A stretch of 64,000 nucleotides of DNA from an uncultured virus (IMG/VR IMGVR_UViG_3300017643_000059) (IMGVR_UViG_3300017643_000059), one strand, 5' to 3'. Positions 35,798 through 45,492 are shown, counted from the first letter of the stretch. A program made the numbers and translations. The notes: a model not told the origin generated them from the letters alone.

Positions 35798-36934
35798 TTA
35801 GCCCAGCAGCATGACAGCATGAGCTGGTTTAATTTCTTTCACACCCCACGCCAGGCCAACTTCATAACGCACCTGACGGTACTGACGGTACAGCGCGATC
35901 TGGAAGGTGATGCCTGATACCGGGTCGGTAACGTTCATCACATCATCAGCAGTATCGCCGCCTTCAGGCATTGCCGGAGTACGTGAAGCCAGCAGGAACG
36001 CGTTACGATCAAATGCCATATTGGCGGTAAAACCGCTGATAACGGTAATAGCCGCATTGTCGGCCAAATCCTGACGCAGTCCAGGTGCGGACAGGGTGAT
36101 CGTGGTAGCAGAGGCAGTCGCAACAACATACTTGTTGTTATCGCCTGCAAAAGTCACCACCTGACCAGCCGCGATAGCGCCAGTGCCAGTATCGATGGCA
36201 ATAATGATATCTCCCTCCTGCTTCGCACCGTTTACCAGGTAACCGGTGGCGGAAGAAGTAGGCGCACGCTTCACACCAGCAGAGCTGTGAATGTTGAAGC
36301 CCTGCAGGCGGCCAAGCACACCTTCACGCAGGAGTTGCTCAGTTCCGGCTTCATTGACTTTAAACAGAACGGATTGCTTACCGCGCATGTTCGCAATGGC
36401 GTCAGAGTCGAGAACCATCTGCAGGTTAGTTGTTGGCGAACCGTTTTGTTCCAGAACTTTTCGCGCATTCGCTGCGTCGGAAAGATCATCTTTGACACCA
36501 AACGGCGCTGTACCAGCAGTACCGATAGCGCGCGAGGTACCGTAGTAAAGCGCACCCAAATCGGAATCAACTTCGTTAGACAGTGCGCGGAATGCTTGGG
36601 TGAACTGGTCGGCGAGAATGGTGTTGTAAGTACCAGCCGGGCCAAGTGCCAGTTGTTCTTCACCATTCCATTTGACCGGAGCCATTTTGGATTTGGTGAT
36701 TTTCACATCGACGGTGCCGATCGTCTGGTCACCGTCATTCGGTGCCGTGGCCCCCGGAGTAATATCGACAGTAGTTGCCGCTGGTGCAACAGGGGCAGTA
36801 ACTGTCTGCCCCTTCGCGGCTGCATCTGCTTTGGTATTACGTGCGACAGCGGGGATAAAGCCCACCTGCTCACGTGAAACAATATCCAGAGCGGTATAGA
36901 TAGTCGGGATCAACCCGGTCAAAGTGTTCGACAT
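35798..36934 (-). CDS. Major capsid protein (P22-coat family)
   Basis: 378 aa, follows the scaffold gene; MSNTLT.LIP..ALD.VSRE. Confidence 0.85.
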   Translation of the reverse strand: MSNTLTGLIPTIYTALDIVSREQVGFIPAVARNTKADAAAKGQTVTAPVAPAATTVDITPGATAPNDGDQTIGTVDVKITKSKMAPVKWNGEEQLALGPAGTYNTILADQFTQAFRALSNEVDSDLGALYYGTSRAIGTAGTAPFGVKDDLSDAANARKVLEQNGSPTTNLQMVLDSDAIANMRGKQSVLFKVNEAGTEQLLREGVLGRLQGFNIHSSAGVKRAPTSSATGYLVNGAKQEGDIIIAIDTGTGAIAAGQVVTFAGDNNKYVVATASATTITLSAPGLRQDLADNAAITVISGFTANMAFDRNAFLLASRTPAMPEGGDTADDVMNVTDPVSGITFQIALYRQYRQVRYEVGLAWGVKEIKPAHAVMLLG

Positions 36935-36970
36935 GATTCATTATTCCTTAGAGATAGATTTGGGTTGGTT

Positions 36971-37012
36971 GAGCTATCCAGCTCTGGCACCAGCCCCCAT
37001 CCGGAAGCTGGC
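36971..37012 (-). promoter_or_regulatory. Twin GGAU-loop hairpin element, capsid leader
   Basis: CCAGCUUCC-GGAU-GGGGGCUGG-UGCCA-GAGCU-GGAU-AGCUC. Confidence 0.6.
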
Positions 37013-37019
37013 AAAGTGG

Positions 37020-37784
37020 TTAATCAACGACAGTAATGCCGTCTTTAAGTGCTGTTTGTTTTCCGGCCATATCCAGCGAATCAAACGCAGTTCGTTTCAT
37101 GGTTTTCTGGCCAGCCTGATGCTGTGTGGTACGAGAGTCACCGCCACTATTGCCGCTGGCCTTAAGGATGTGGTCTTTCTGCGGGTAATTTTCGACGAGG
37201 AACTCCAGCGCTTCATCGAAACCAGCGGTTTCACCAGGTTTGGAACGGGAGTAGATTTTGTTGCCTGAGCCGTCATAGGCGACAACCTTACCCTCTTCGA
37301 CCTTAAATGACTGACCGAAGCGCGCCTGAAGCATGTCGGACGGAATGGCAATCTTGTCGGCGATAAATTTCGAGCCGGAGAAATTGCCGCCAATCATGGC
37401 GTCGTAGAGCTGGCCTTCCAGTTTCTGACTTTTGCCGTTGGCTTCTTCCAACTGCGCCTGGAAGGATTTGGTGATATCAGCCCTCACTTGGTCAACCGCG
37501 CCAGCGTCGATCAGCTTTTTCTGGTCGATTTTGGTCATCATTTCCAGCGCTTCGAGCGCTTTGGCCGGGTCGGTGATACCGGAGAATTTCGCCAGATTTG
37601 TTTCAGCAGATTCTTTAGCCAAACGATGCGATTTAGCCTCTCCATTCAGCTCAGTAATTTTGCCAATCGCCTGGGCAGCATCAAAGCCGATCTCTTTTCC
37701 GTCGTCATGCACGTAAACCGGCAGGCCGTTAGCGTCTACTTCTGCGTAATGTTTGCCGTTTACTTCTACTGTCTTCAGTTTCAT
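37020..37784 (-). CDS. Capsid scaffolding protein (DUF6651-like)
   Basis: Charged coiled-coil upstream of the capsid gene. Confidence 0.78.
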   Translation of the reverse strand: MKLKTVEVNGKHYAEVDANGLPVYVHDDGKEIGFDAAQAIGKITELNGEAKSHRLAKESAETNLAKFSGITDPAKALEALEMMTKIDQKKLIDAGAVDQVRADITKSFQAQLEEANGKSQKLEGQLYDAMIGGNFSGSKFIADKIAIPSDMLQARFGQSFKVEEGKVVAYDGSGNKIYSRSKPGETAGFDEALEFLVENYPQKDHILKASGNSGGDSRTTQHQAGQKTMKRTAFDSLDMAGKQTALKDGITVVD

Positions 37785-37801
37785 GTTGTTACCTTTTTAC
37801 T

Positions 37802-37842
37802 GGCCATCCGACCGTTGCACCGCTCACCATCCGGATTGCGGC
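37802..37842 (-). promoter_or_regulatory. Twin GGAU-loop hairpin element, scaffold leader
   Basis: CCGCAAUCC-GGAU-GGUGAGCGG-UGCAAC-GGUC-GGAU-GGCC. Confidence 0.55.
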
Positions 37843-37888
37843 AATAAAAAAGGCCGCCCGGAGGCAGCCTGTGGGGATTAGTTAAAAG

Positions 37889-39001
37889 TTAAAGTCCGGC
37901 TTCTATGAATGCCTGCGCGTCACGTTCACGCAACTGATCCAGCGTCAGCCATTCACCTCTGTCGGTGTAGAATTCATCCGGCGACATGCCGCCATCACGA
38001 ATAAGCCGCGCGCGCTTCTCACCAACGATCTGCTTCTGGCGGTCGAACGACTGGCGGGAGAACCATTCCTGATAGTTGGTATCACCAGCCACCTGTCCAT
38101 CCATGCTGGCACGTTCCGCTGGTGGGATATCCCGGACATCGATACCTAACTCTTTCGCCGATTTCAGGATAAATGTTTCGGTTGAGCGACAGCAGAAGTG
38201 AATTTTCCCCGGCCCCTGCAAATACGGAACCTTATGCCCTATCGGCTTGTTATCCAGCGTGTACTTCAGGCGGTCGCGAATCCTGCACATCTGCGTCGTT
38301 CTGTTGTCCAGGGTAGAAAGCCACTGCTTGCCCTTCATCAGGTCGTCATTGGCATCAGCAAAGCTATTTCGAGCCGTTGCTGCAAGATGACCTACCGCCG
38401 TTTTCGCGATACTGGCAGCATTGGCGCGACTCATTTGCAAAGCGCCGTCCTGATACCCCCGGTTAGCGTGGCCGCGCACCTTACGCGCTATCTGCTCATT
38501 GGTATCGCCCAGCAGGAAACCCTGTCGTACGGTATTGCTGATGCGATTAATGCGATCGGCTTCGAGGTTAGACGCCCATTCACTCAGTAAGCGCCCCTGA
38601 AAAGGCTGCGCCATTGCCGCGGCATATACTGCATCAGGGGAAATACCTACCAGCGGATGAACGCCAGTCACGAATTCCGGCAGTAACGAATCAAACAGAC
38701 TCAGCTGATATCCTGCTTCATGCTGAGCCAGCGTATTCAGTTCACCGGATAGGCTGCTAAACATGCCATTTACCGCAATGCGGTTGGTATCCCGCACGCT
38801 CGCCAGTAGCGCTTCAAGCCTGGTAACCGTGAAACTGTTCGGCTCCAGCGTATCCATTGCCACCAGCAGACGCGCGGTTAGCTCTGCGTCACTGTCGTTG
38901 AGCAGTTTAACCATCCGGTTAGCAACGCCGGTGCTGTACCGGCTTATCCAGATAGCATGGGCTATGTACTCATCGCTGAGCCGTTCATTGACCGTTGCCA
39001 T
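37889..39001 (-). CDS. Minor head protein (SPP1 gp7/Mu gpF-like)
   Basis: WLSTLDNRTTQMCR..HFCCRS. Confidence 0.85.
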   Translation of the reverse strand: MATVNERLSDEYIAHAIWISRYSTGVANRMVKLLNDSDAELTARLLVAMDTLEPNSFTVTRLEALLASVRDTNRIAVNGMFSSLSGELNTLAQHEAGYQLSLFDSLLPEFVTGVHPLVGISPDAVYAAAMAQPFQGRLLSEWASNLEADRINRISNTVRQGFLLGDTNEQIARKVRGHANRGYQDGALQMSRANAASIAKTAVGHLAATARNSFADANDDLMKGKQWLSTLDNRTTQMCRIRDRLKYTLDNKPIGHKVPYLQGPGKIHFCCRSTETFILKSAKELGIDVRDIPPAERASMDGQVAGDTNYQEWFSRQSFDRQKQIVGEKRARLIRDGGMSPDEFYTDRGEWLTLDQLRERDAQAFIEAGL

Positions 39002-40391
39002 TATTGTTGCCTGTCAGCGTTACTGATGGATTGTTCAGCTCGTCGATAACAACGCCAGTATCAGCGTCAGGGTCGATGAATTTCAGCGTCTGAAGAGCCC
39101 GGACTGCATCGACCTGACGAATATCACCACCTTGCCGCAACGACTGAACAGCCAGGGCAGCAGTGGCGTCAAACGTCTGAGAGGAAACCTCCAGCTCTGT
39201 ACGCACATCAACATTCCCACCGTCGCTTTCACCAATCCACTCAGCCATGATTTGCAGAATGTTATCGAGCGCATCTTCCAGAGAACTCGCCATCGTGTAG
39301 AGCGGCGAGTTTTCCTGCATGCGCTCTTCGTTGGTCTGGTCGACGGATTTTGTCGAAGTATTTTCCGCTCGTAACAGCTTCGCGCCAGCCTGGCGCATCT
39401 GGTTTTCCAGATCATCAAGGGATGTTTTACCGGAACCAATAGCTGACCCTGTGTGCTCGACGTATTCCAGCCCGTGTTGGTCACGGCTGTCGAATTTTGT
39501 CGCACTGGATGAGCCGATAGTCAGTGATTCATTTTCACCCAGGCCATATGCCACCAGCAGCGGGACGCGCGCAACGTGAAGAATGTTGTCCTGCTCGCTC
39601 TGGCTCTGCCAGTGCTTGATGTTTAGCAAGGCCAGATTGAGCAGCGGAGGAGAACCACGCATAAACCCGGTTCGCTTCGTATAGAGCGTTACCAGAGGGA
39701 TATCACTACGGCTCGTTTCCCACTCTTCGTGAATAGCCCACGATGCGCTGCCGTCATTACCTTTATTGCGGCGGTAGATTTCTACCTTGCCAGGCATAAT
39801 GTGGCGAATTTGCTCGATTTTGGTTTGCCCGAAGTCATCGCCATCAACAACGATAACCTCTTTCACGCGTAAATCAGTGAGAATAACCTTCCCACCGGAA
39901 ACCTTAGATTTCCAGCCGATCACCTGCCGCGGGTTGAGCATCGTCACGTATGGGCGACTACCAGATGCCTGCTCATCAGCACGCGTCTTAACAGTTTCAG
40001 GATCTGTCCGGGGATAATCAACCAGCGCATGAGCAAGTCCATACTGGAACGCGATAGAGAAGAATTGCTGCGCCCATACGTCAAGGCGATCACCTTCCAT
40101 ATCTATGTCTTCAGCCAGTTCTTTAATCTTTTCCGGTGTTTCCTGACTCAATACCGTCGGCTCAGCGAAAACGCGACCGATATTCTGCTTAATGCTCTCT
40201 TCATAAGATGGGAGCAACGTCGCAACGGAAAGGCGCTGTTTATATCCTTCTGGATCTTCGTTAGGCCATTTCGGGAGATATGTTTCACCCTGCCGGCGCA
40301 TTTCCAGCGTGCCGCCCATCAGCGCATCGTTAATATCCCACGCCTCAACCATGTCGTTATAGTCGAGATTAGGTGTCGAAATATCGGGCAT
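38985..40391 (-). CDS. Portal protein (DUF4055)
   Basis: YLPKW..PPLL.LA.LN..HWQ; follows terL. Confidence 0.85.
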   Translation of the reverse strand: MPDISTPNLDYNDMVEAWDINDALMGGTLEMRRQGETYLPKWPNEDPEGYKQRLSVATLLPSYEESIKQNIGRVFAEPTVLSQETPEKIKELAEDIDMEGDRLDVWAQQFFSIAFQYGLAHALVDYPRTDPETVKTRADEQASGSRPYVTMLNPRQVIGWKSKVSGGKVILTDLRVKEVIVVDGDDFGQTKIEQIRHIMPGKVEIYRRNKGNDGSASWAIHEEWETSRSDIPLVTLYTKRTGFMRGSPPLLNLALLNIKHWQSQSEQDNILHVARVPLLVAYGLGENESLTIGSSSATKFDSRDQHGLEYVEHTGSAIGSGKTSLDDLENQMRQAGAKLLRAENTSTKSVDQTNEERMQENSPLYTMASSLEDALDNILQIMAEWIGESDGGNVDVRTELEVSSQTFDATAALAVQSLRQGGDIRQVDAVRALQTLKFIDPDADTGVVIDELNNPSVTLTGNNNGNGQ

Positions 40392-40395
40392 GGCG

Positions 40396-41703
40396 TTACA
40401 TCCGTAGTTTGGTGACTTTGCCAGTTGGTTTAATGATCGGGAATTGCTTCACGATGTAATACCCACCAGCATCATTGGGGTGATCGTTGTCGGCTGATTT
40501 ATCCGGCTCGCCGTTCGCCGCCCACACTTGTTGTTCCAGACTTTCGGTGTAGACCGGGCATCGGGTAACGTTCACTTTGTAGCGGCGCTCACCATTGCCG
40601 TTGCAGAACATGGCGTTCACAGAGTTAATGCGGTCTTTCACTGGCGGATTGGCGGCATTCACCACCACACTGAATCCGGCCTGCTTAAGCTGAGCGATAT
40701 CCGTGGCGCTGGCATTATTCGACTTGCGTGAATCGCCGGAAGCATCTGGATAGATGTAAATCTGACGTGAGGAGACATAACGCCCGCCTTCATAGCGCCA
40801 GAATTCCTCCTGAATGCGTTTAATCATCGCTGGAGTGTCATAAACCTTCACCAGTTCGCGTACTGCACGAGGTTCCCCATCGCGCAGCACATGAACGATG
40901 GCCGCCATCTTCCCTACGTTGAAGTCCATCCCGATGTATAACGGCTCACCTGCCTGCTCCTCGTCGGCACAACTATTCAGTTGACGATCGAACTGGTGAT
41001 AGATAGTTCCGCTGGTCAGGTTAGTGAACTTCCCGCGCAGATAAGCCTTAATCAGCTCTGGCGGGTATGAATCCATCAGCGATGGGATGTAGTCGTGTGG
41101 AAGATTTTTCTCGTTATCAAACGTTGACGCTTGAATCAGCCCATACAGCGTCGCAAGCTCAGGCTTATCACGCACAGCTTTAACAAACTGCTGGTATACG
41201 AACTTGAAACCTTCCGGCGTGGTAGTGACGTCAATGCCATTCCTCAGCCCGTCCACCTTATAACGCATTCGAGCGATGATTTTTCGCCAGGCCTGCTGCG
41301 CTTTGGCTGCAGCCATAACGTCCAGCTCATCCACCATTGCGTTGCCGATTTTAAAGCCGACAATAGAACCTGGCTTTTCCATCGAACGACAGATTGTTGT
41401 TCCGCGATACTGACGCCCGGCGTAAAAATGAACCTCTTTGTTGCTTTCGTTAATTTTGACATTCAATCCCCAGTCGAAAGCCACCTCTTCGACAGTTGGA
41501 TAAAAAATGTCACGAATTTGAGGATATGTCGGCGCGAAATAACCCTGATTTATTTTCGGGTGTTCCCACATCCCCTTACAGATACCGCCGCAGCCAACCC
41601 ACGTTTTACCGGAACCAAATCCGGCAACGTAGGCTTTAAATTTGTGTGGCATCGCGAGGAACTGCGCCTGAGGAATGTTAAGCGTCGGAGCTATCATCAT
41701 CAC
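40396..41703 (-). CDS. terL: Terminase large subunit
   Basis: GFGSGKT Walker A, MVDE Walker B, GMDFN and DH.NDA nuclease motifs. Confidence 0.93.
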   Translation of the reverse strand: MMMIAPTLNIPQAQFLAMPHKFKAYVAGFGSGKTWVGCGGICKGMWEHPKINQGYFAPTYPQIRDIFYPTVEEVAFDWGLNVKINESNKEVHFYAGRQYRGTTICRSMEKPGSIVGFKIGNAMVDELDVMAAAKAQQAWRKIIARMRYKVDGLRNGIDVTTTPEGFKFVYQQFVKAVRDKPELATLYGLIQASTFDNEKNLPHDYIPSLMDSYPPELIKAYLRGKFTNLTSGTIYHQFDRQLNSCADEEQAGEPLYIGMDFNVGKMAAIVHVLRDGEPRAVRELVKVYDTPAMIKRIQEEFWRYEGGRYVSSRQIYIYPDASGDSRKSNNASATDIAQLKQAGFSVVVNAANPPVKDRINSVNAMFCNGNGERRYKVNVTRCPVYTESLEQQVWAANGEPDKSADNDHPNDAGGYYIVKQFPIIKPTGKVTKLRM

Positions 41704-42667
41704 CCCTTACTCTGGCATTCACGACGTTAATTGCGATTGCAACCGGCAATGGATCATCATCCTCAGGATCGGCTGCCAGTTCTTTTCTGAGTTTTTCCAC
41801 CTCAAGCTGACGGCGCTCAATTTCAATCTGCTGCAGGCGTTGCGCGAACTCGCTATCAGCCAGGCCAAGCCGTTTCATCACAGCTTCGTACATCCGTTCG
41901 CGGCTGATGGCTGTTATCTCAACCCCATTCTTACCCAGCTTTACACCGGAATAAGCCAGCGCAGCATCAGGGGCGAGTTTTCTGGTATCGGCGAAGTATG
42001 GCTGCCCGATCCCATCGCCATTACAACGAGGGCATTCATGGTTAGGTTCGCTGGTGTGGTCATATCCATACCCGCCTCTGTCATTTGGCTCTTTTCCTTT
42101 TTTCGCTAAAGCCTCAGCAAGCTTCTCTTCAAACTCCACTGCATCACGCCACTGGTACTGGTGACCAAAGCCCCAGCAGTAACGACAGGCACCACGGCGA
42201 TATTGAGAAAGCTGGTTTGCATCGAACGTGGCCAGTTGCCACATCTGCGCAAGAACCTCATCTGCGCTGCCAAGCGTGCGCACAATGGATTCCTTTTGCT
42301 GCTGCGCAATGGCCTGCGCAACGTTAGGATTCGTTATGAGCTGACGACCGTAATTTGGATCGCTGTAACCAGCACGTTCAGCGGCTGCCGTGGCGTTCTG
42401 GTCTTTGAGATATTCAGCAACAAAGCGTTTTAATTTTGGGCTTAAATCGCTTTCAACCAATTTTTCTGCGCTTTTTCCTGCCTGCGCAGTGCGCATTTTT
42501 TTCTGCGCAGATTTTTGCGCGGATTGCGCAGAAGGTTTTTTGATGTATCGGCGGGCAGTTGCGTAATTCAGTCCCTGCGCTTCACACCATTCCTTCGGTG
42601 ATACGCCGGTAGCGGCATTGTCGGACAGGAACCGTTGCTGAAGCTCGCCCCAGTCCGGTTTTGCCAT
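41678..42667 (-). CDS. terS: Terminase small subunit
   Basis: N-terminal HTH; RFVAEYLKDQNATAAAERAGYS; CxxC pairs. Confidence 0.9.
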   Translation of the reverse strand: MAKPDWGELQQRFLSDNAATGVSPKEWCEAQGLNYATARRYIKKPSAQSAQKSAQKKMRTAQAGKSAEKLVESDLSPKLKRFVAEYLKDQNATAAAERAGYSDPNYGRQLITNPNVAQAIAQQQKESIVRTLGSADEVLAQMWQLATFDANQLSQYRRGACRYCWGFGHQYQWRDAVEFEEKLAEALAKKGKEPNDRGGYGYDHTSEPNHECPRCNGDGIGQPYFADTRKLAPDAALAYSGVKLGKNGVEITAISRERMYEAVMKRLGLADSEFAQRLQQIEIERRQLEVEKLRKELAADPEDDDPLPVAIAINVVNARVRGDDDSSDA

Positions 42668-42670
42668 GAG

Positions 42671-43171
42671 TTAATCCTGCTTAGTAATTTCTGGCTCAGC
42701 GTTCGTCGTGAACGATTGAACAGCCCCACCTGAGTAAACGTCAATTTCGATAGCGACACGGACAGCATCTACTGCATTTTTCCCGCAGTGCATAGCTGCT
42801 CTGGCAATCATCCCACCGCTACCAATTGCGTATGAATCAAGCTGAAGTGAAATTGAAGCGTGAGTCTTATCTGTATCTTTACTGATGAGATAAGCTCGAT
42901 CACTCCCAATAACAGCGATTGCTCCGAAAGACGATTCAGGATTAAACACAGACTTATAATTGAGCCCTGTACGCATTAAATCCTGCACTTCAAATTCAGC
43001 ACCGCAATCACCTGAATAACCAATGGCGCTGATCTTTTCGCCATTAACAGTCCATCTCTCATCATCTGATGGATAGAAAATTTTCTGTTCCCGCAGCGTG
43101 CAAATAGCATCACCGGCTGAAGCCTGGCTATCTGATGCCAGCGTAACGCCATCCCATGCAACAGTGGTCAT
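42671..43171 (-). CDS. HslV/proteasome-beta-like Ntn peptidase
   Basis: MTTVAWDG..LASDSQ..QKI..AIGSGG..DVYSGG. The true start is ATG 43171. Confidence 0.78.
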   Translation of the reverse strand: MTTVAWDGVTLASDSQASAGDAICTLREQKIFYPSDDERWTVNGEKISAIGYSGDCGAEFEVQDLMRTGLNYKSVFNPESSFGAIAVIGSDRAYLISKDTDKTHASISLQLDSYAIGSGGMIARAAMHCGKNAVDAVRVAIEIDVYSGGAVQSFTTNAEPEITKQD

Positions 43172-43550
43172 ATCCAGAATTCCATGTTTATAGGTAAGAG
43201 TTGACCAGATTCGCCCGCCACGGCTCCGGAAGGCCGCTATGAAGGTAAAAGCCCGCGTTACCATCGCGGGGAAAACCCGGCGTTACCCGTTTTTGAATAA
43301 CCACATCCACTCACGCAGGGAGAATCCTCCTCATGGAGGCTACGGTCATAGTTATGATGTGGAGACAGCGACGAATCGGCGCTATGGGCATTCATGTCGC
43401 AGCGTTCGCCACCATCTCACGATGTTGCTTTGCCACTTCCGTCTATTCCGGCTGCCAAGATTGGATCACCTCACTGGTTGGTGCCTCTCTATGCTTCTTG
43501 TCGGGTAAGCATTATCGAAGCCCCTCAGTGAGGAGCTTCTGTAATGCCGG

Positions 43551-43688
43551 TTAAGGTTGCTTGCTCAGCCAGTCGCTATATGCGTCACCCGGTGTCACTC
43601 CCCATCCATAAATGCAATTTGTAAACGGGTAATCTTTTAATCGATAGCAAATGTACTTACCTTCACACCAGTGAATTAATGGCTTCAT
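43551..43688 (-). CDS. 45-aa hypothetical protein (not in the ORF track)
   Basis: MKPLIHWCEGKYICY..GWGVTPGDAYSDWLSKQP. Confidence 0.5.
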   Translation of the reverse strand: MKPLIHWCEGKYICYRLKDYPFTNCIYGWGVTPGDAYSDWLSKQP

Positions 43689-43768
43689 GGTTTTTAATCA
43701 CTCACGTTATTGGGCTTTCTCACCGAATCGAAAATGCGCTCACACGTCATTCCTGCTCGATATCTTTG

Positions 43769-44002
43769 TCACTCATTGCGCTTTTTCTTGGTTGGTTTCT
43801 GGCAGTTCGCCTGCCACGCTTTGTTATGCGCCAGGATGTCTTTCTTCGTCTGGCGATCCATAACATCGATGTCGTGATCGGTAAGGTAGATTGGCTTTAC
43901 CCAGTCACAGGCAGTATCAACTACTACCGGGACGCTTCCACGTGTCACGCAGCTCGCGATCAACATCGTCATCAGGCATGCGGTTAACAGTCTGCTGTAC
44001 AT
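43769..44002 (-). CDS. o-spanin lipoprotein (Rz1-like)
   Basis: IASC lipobox; overlaps the i-spanin gene in another frame. Confidence 0.75.
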   Translation of the reverse strand: MYSRLLTACLMTMLIASCVTRGSVPVVVDTACDWVKPIYLTDHDIDVMDRQTKKDILAHNKAWQANCQKPTKKKRNE

Positions 44003-44192
44003 TGCTGGCCTCTTTCGTTGCTTCTACCCTGCGTTCGGCTACTGCTTCAGTAGCAGCAGCCTTTTCTTCGGTGCGCTGCTGGTCGGCCTTTGCTTCTGCT
44101 TTGCTGGTTCCGCGAATATGCCCCATACCAAAAGCACCAGCTATAGCAGCAATCACCGCTGCAGCCAGACCAATAATCGTTTCAATACCCAT
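43917..44192 (-). CDS. i-spanin (Rz-like)
   Basis: N-terminal TM helix plus coiled coil, after the endolysin gene. Confidence 0.75.
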   Translation of the reverse strand: MGIETIIGLAAAVIAAIAGAFGMGHIRGTSKAEAKADQQRTEEKAAATEAVAERRVEATKEASNVQQTVNRMPDDDVDRELRDTWKRPGSS

Positions 44193-44199
44193 AGTGACC

Positions 44200-44829
44200 T
44201 CACACCAGCACAGATTTTGCCAGGTTGAACAGGGCGCGGCGTTTATCCAGTCCATTACGCCCACCGTTGATAATCAATGTGACGCGCTCAATATCACCTG
44301 AGTAGAGAAGGCAACCACGAGACACATAGAACCACGCTGCTGAGTGCGCTGCGCTTTCATCGACTTCAAGCAACTCAGGATGTGAAACCAGATCCAGCTT
44401 CAGCGCCTGACCGCAACTGCGATAATTGCTCAACCCAGTAATTTGCTTTAGTCCTCGCCCACGATATTTCCAGCCATCACCAGCAACCTGATTCCCCAGG
44501 TGCTCTTTACCCCATTCCCCGCCGTAAACCAGATTGGCTATTGCTTTCTGATTGGCCGGCTGCGTTGCCGTTCTACCGAGTGCTGAGGCCTGCTGCTCAG
44601 TGATACGGTGCTTGCCGAATGTCGGTACCAGGTTCTCTGCCGCATAGTTCAGGTTTTCCACCAGCCGGGTAAATCCCCCGGACTCGTGCCCCATTTGAGC
44701 GATAAACATGGCCTGATCCAGCGATGCCGTAATGCCGAACTCTTTCATTGCAGCATCCAGATGTGGAAACCAGCGCGCAGCTAACCCGGCGCTTACACCA
44801 GCCGCCTTTTGAAATTGTGTTTGGTTCAT
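44200..44829 (-). CDS. Endolysin, glycoside hydrolase family 19
   Basis: AQMGHESGG..YRGRGLKQITG..INGG.NGL. Confidence 0.92.
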   Translation of the reverse strand: MNQTQFQKAAGVSAGLAARWFPHLDAAMKEFGITASLDQAMFIAQMGHESGGFTRLVENLNYAAENLVPTFGKHRITEQQASALGRTATQPANQKAIANLVYGGEWGKEHLGNQVAGDGWKYRGRGLKQITGLSNYRSCGQALKLDLVSHPELLEVDESAAHSAAWFYVSRGCLLYSGDIERVTLIINGGRNGLDKRRALFNLAKSVLV

Positions 44830-45110
44830 TGGTGCCTCAGTACATCAACCAGACGCGCTACGTTTCCCCGAGCCCAGAGAACGGCAGCGCATATAAGGAT
44901 GTTCGCCAGTACAACAACCCAGTGAGATTCGTGATACAGGCCAAACAGGTAACGGAAAGGGACGCTGGCGTAAACCAGCACGGTGAAGTAAGCCATCAGT
45001 GATATTAGCGGGCGGTGTCTTGCGCCGCCGCGCTGGTAGAACATCAGGGCAATGACGATGACCCCGCAGATGATGGCATTGAACATTGCACTCGGATCAC
45101 TTGTTACCAT
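44826..45110 (-). CDS. Holin-family membrane protein
   Basis: Three TM segments and an ARGNVA motif. Confidence 0.75.
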   Translation of the reverse strand: MVTSDPSAMFNAIICGVIVIALMFYQRGGARHRPLISLMAYFTVLVYASVPFRYLFGLYHESHWVVVLANILICAAVLWARGNVARLVDVLRHQ

Positions 45111-45492
45111 TGCTTGTCCCTCCTCCACGTAAGCGAGAGAGAATTCCAAACAGGCTACCCAAATCCTGGCTATTAACGAATGTCAGCAGCTTAATTGCTA
45201 TCGCAGCAACGATTACCGCTCCCAGTGCATCAAGCGGCCTGTCGCTATACCCCGTCCATTTGGAAAAGTAAGAGCCAAGGAGAGGCGCACCAATTACGCC
45301 GAAGATGAATGACGTGATGAAGTAGCCCACCAGCTTCAGTCGGCTGATGTTAACCGCCGTGGCGACGTAGAAAACGGCACCAGCAAACGCACCAAACACC
45401 ACACCGTAATCAATACCGGTTGCCAGGCCAAACATACTGGCCCCCATCAAACCACCAGCCGCAACCGTAGTGCCAGAAACAGGATCGGACAT
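45097..45492 (-). CDS. Putative holin
   Basis: GAFAGA motif, multiple TM segments; first late gene. Confidence 0.78.
   Translation of the reverse strand: MSDPVSGTTVAAGGLMGASMFGLATGIDYGVVFGAFAGAVFYVATAVNISRLKLVGYFITSFIFGVIGAPLLGSYFSKWTGYSDRPLDALGAVIVAAIAIKLLTFVNSQDLGSLFGILSRLRGGGTSNGNK

Noticed and set aside
35458..35814. Poly-Leu/Phe, poly-Cys and SSRN ORFs
   Set aside because: These are alternative frames of the 12-bp repeat; only the QQQE frame has an RBS and operon context.
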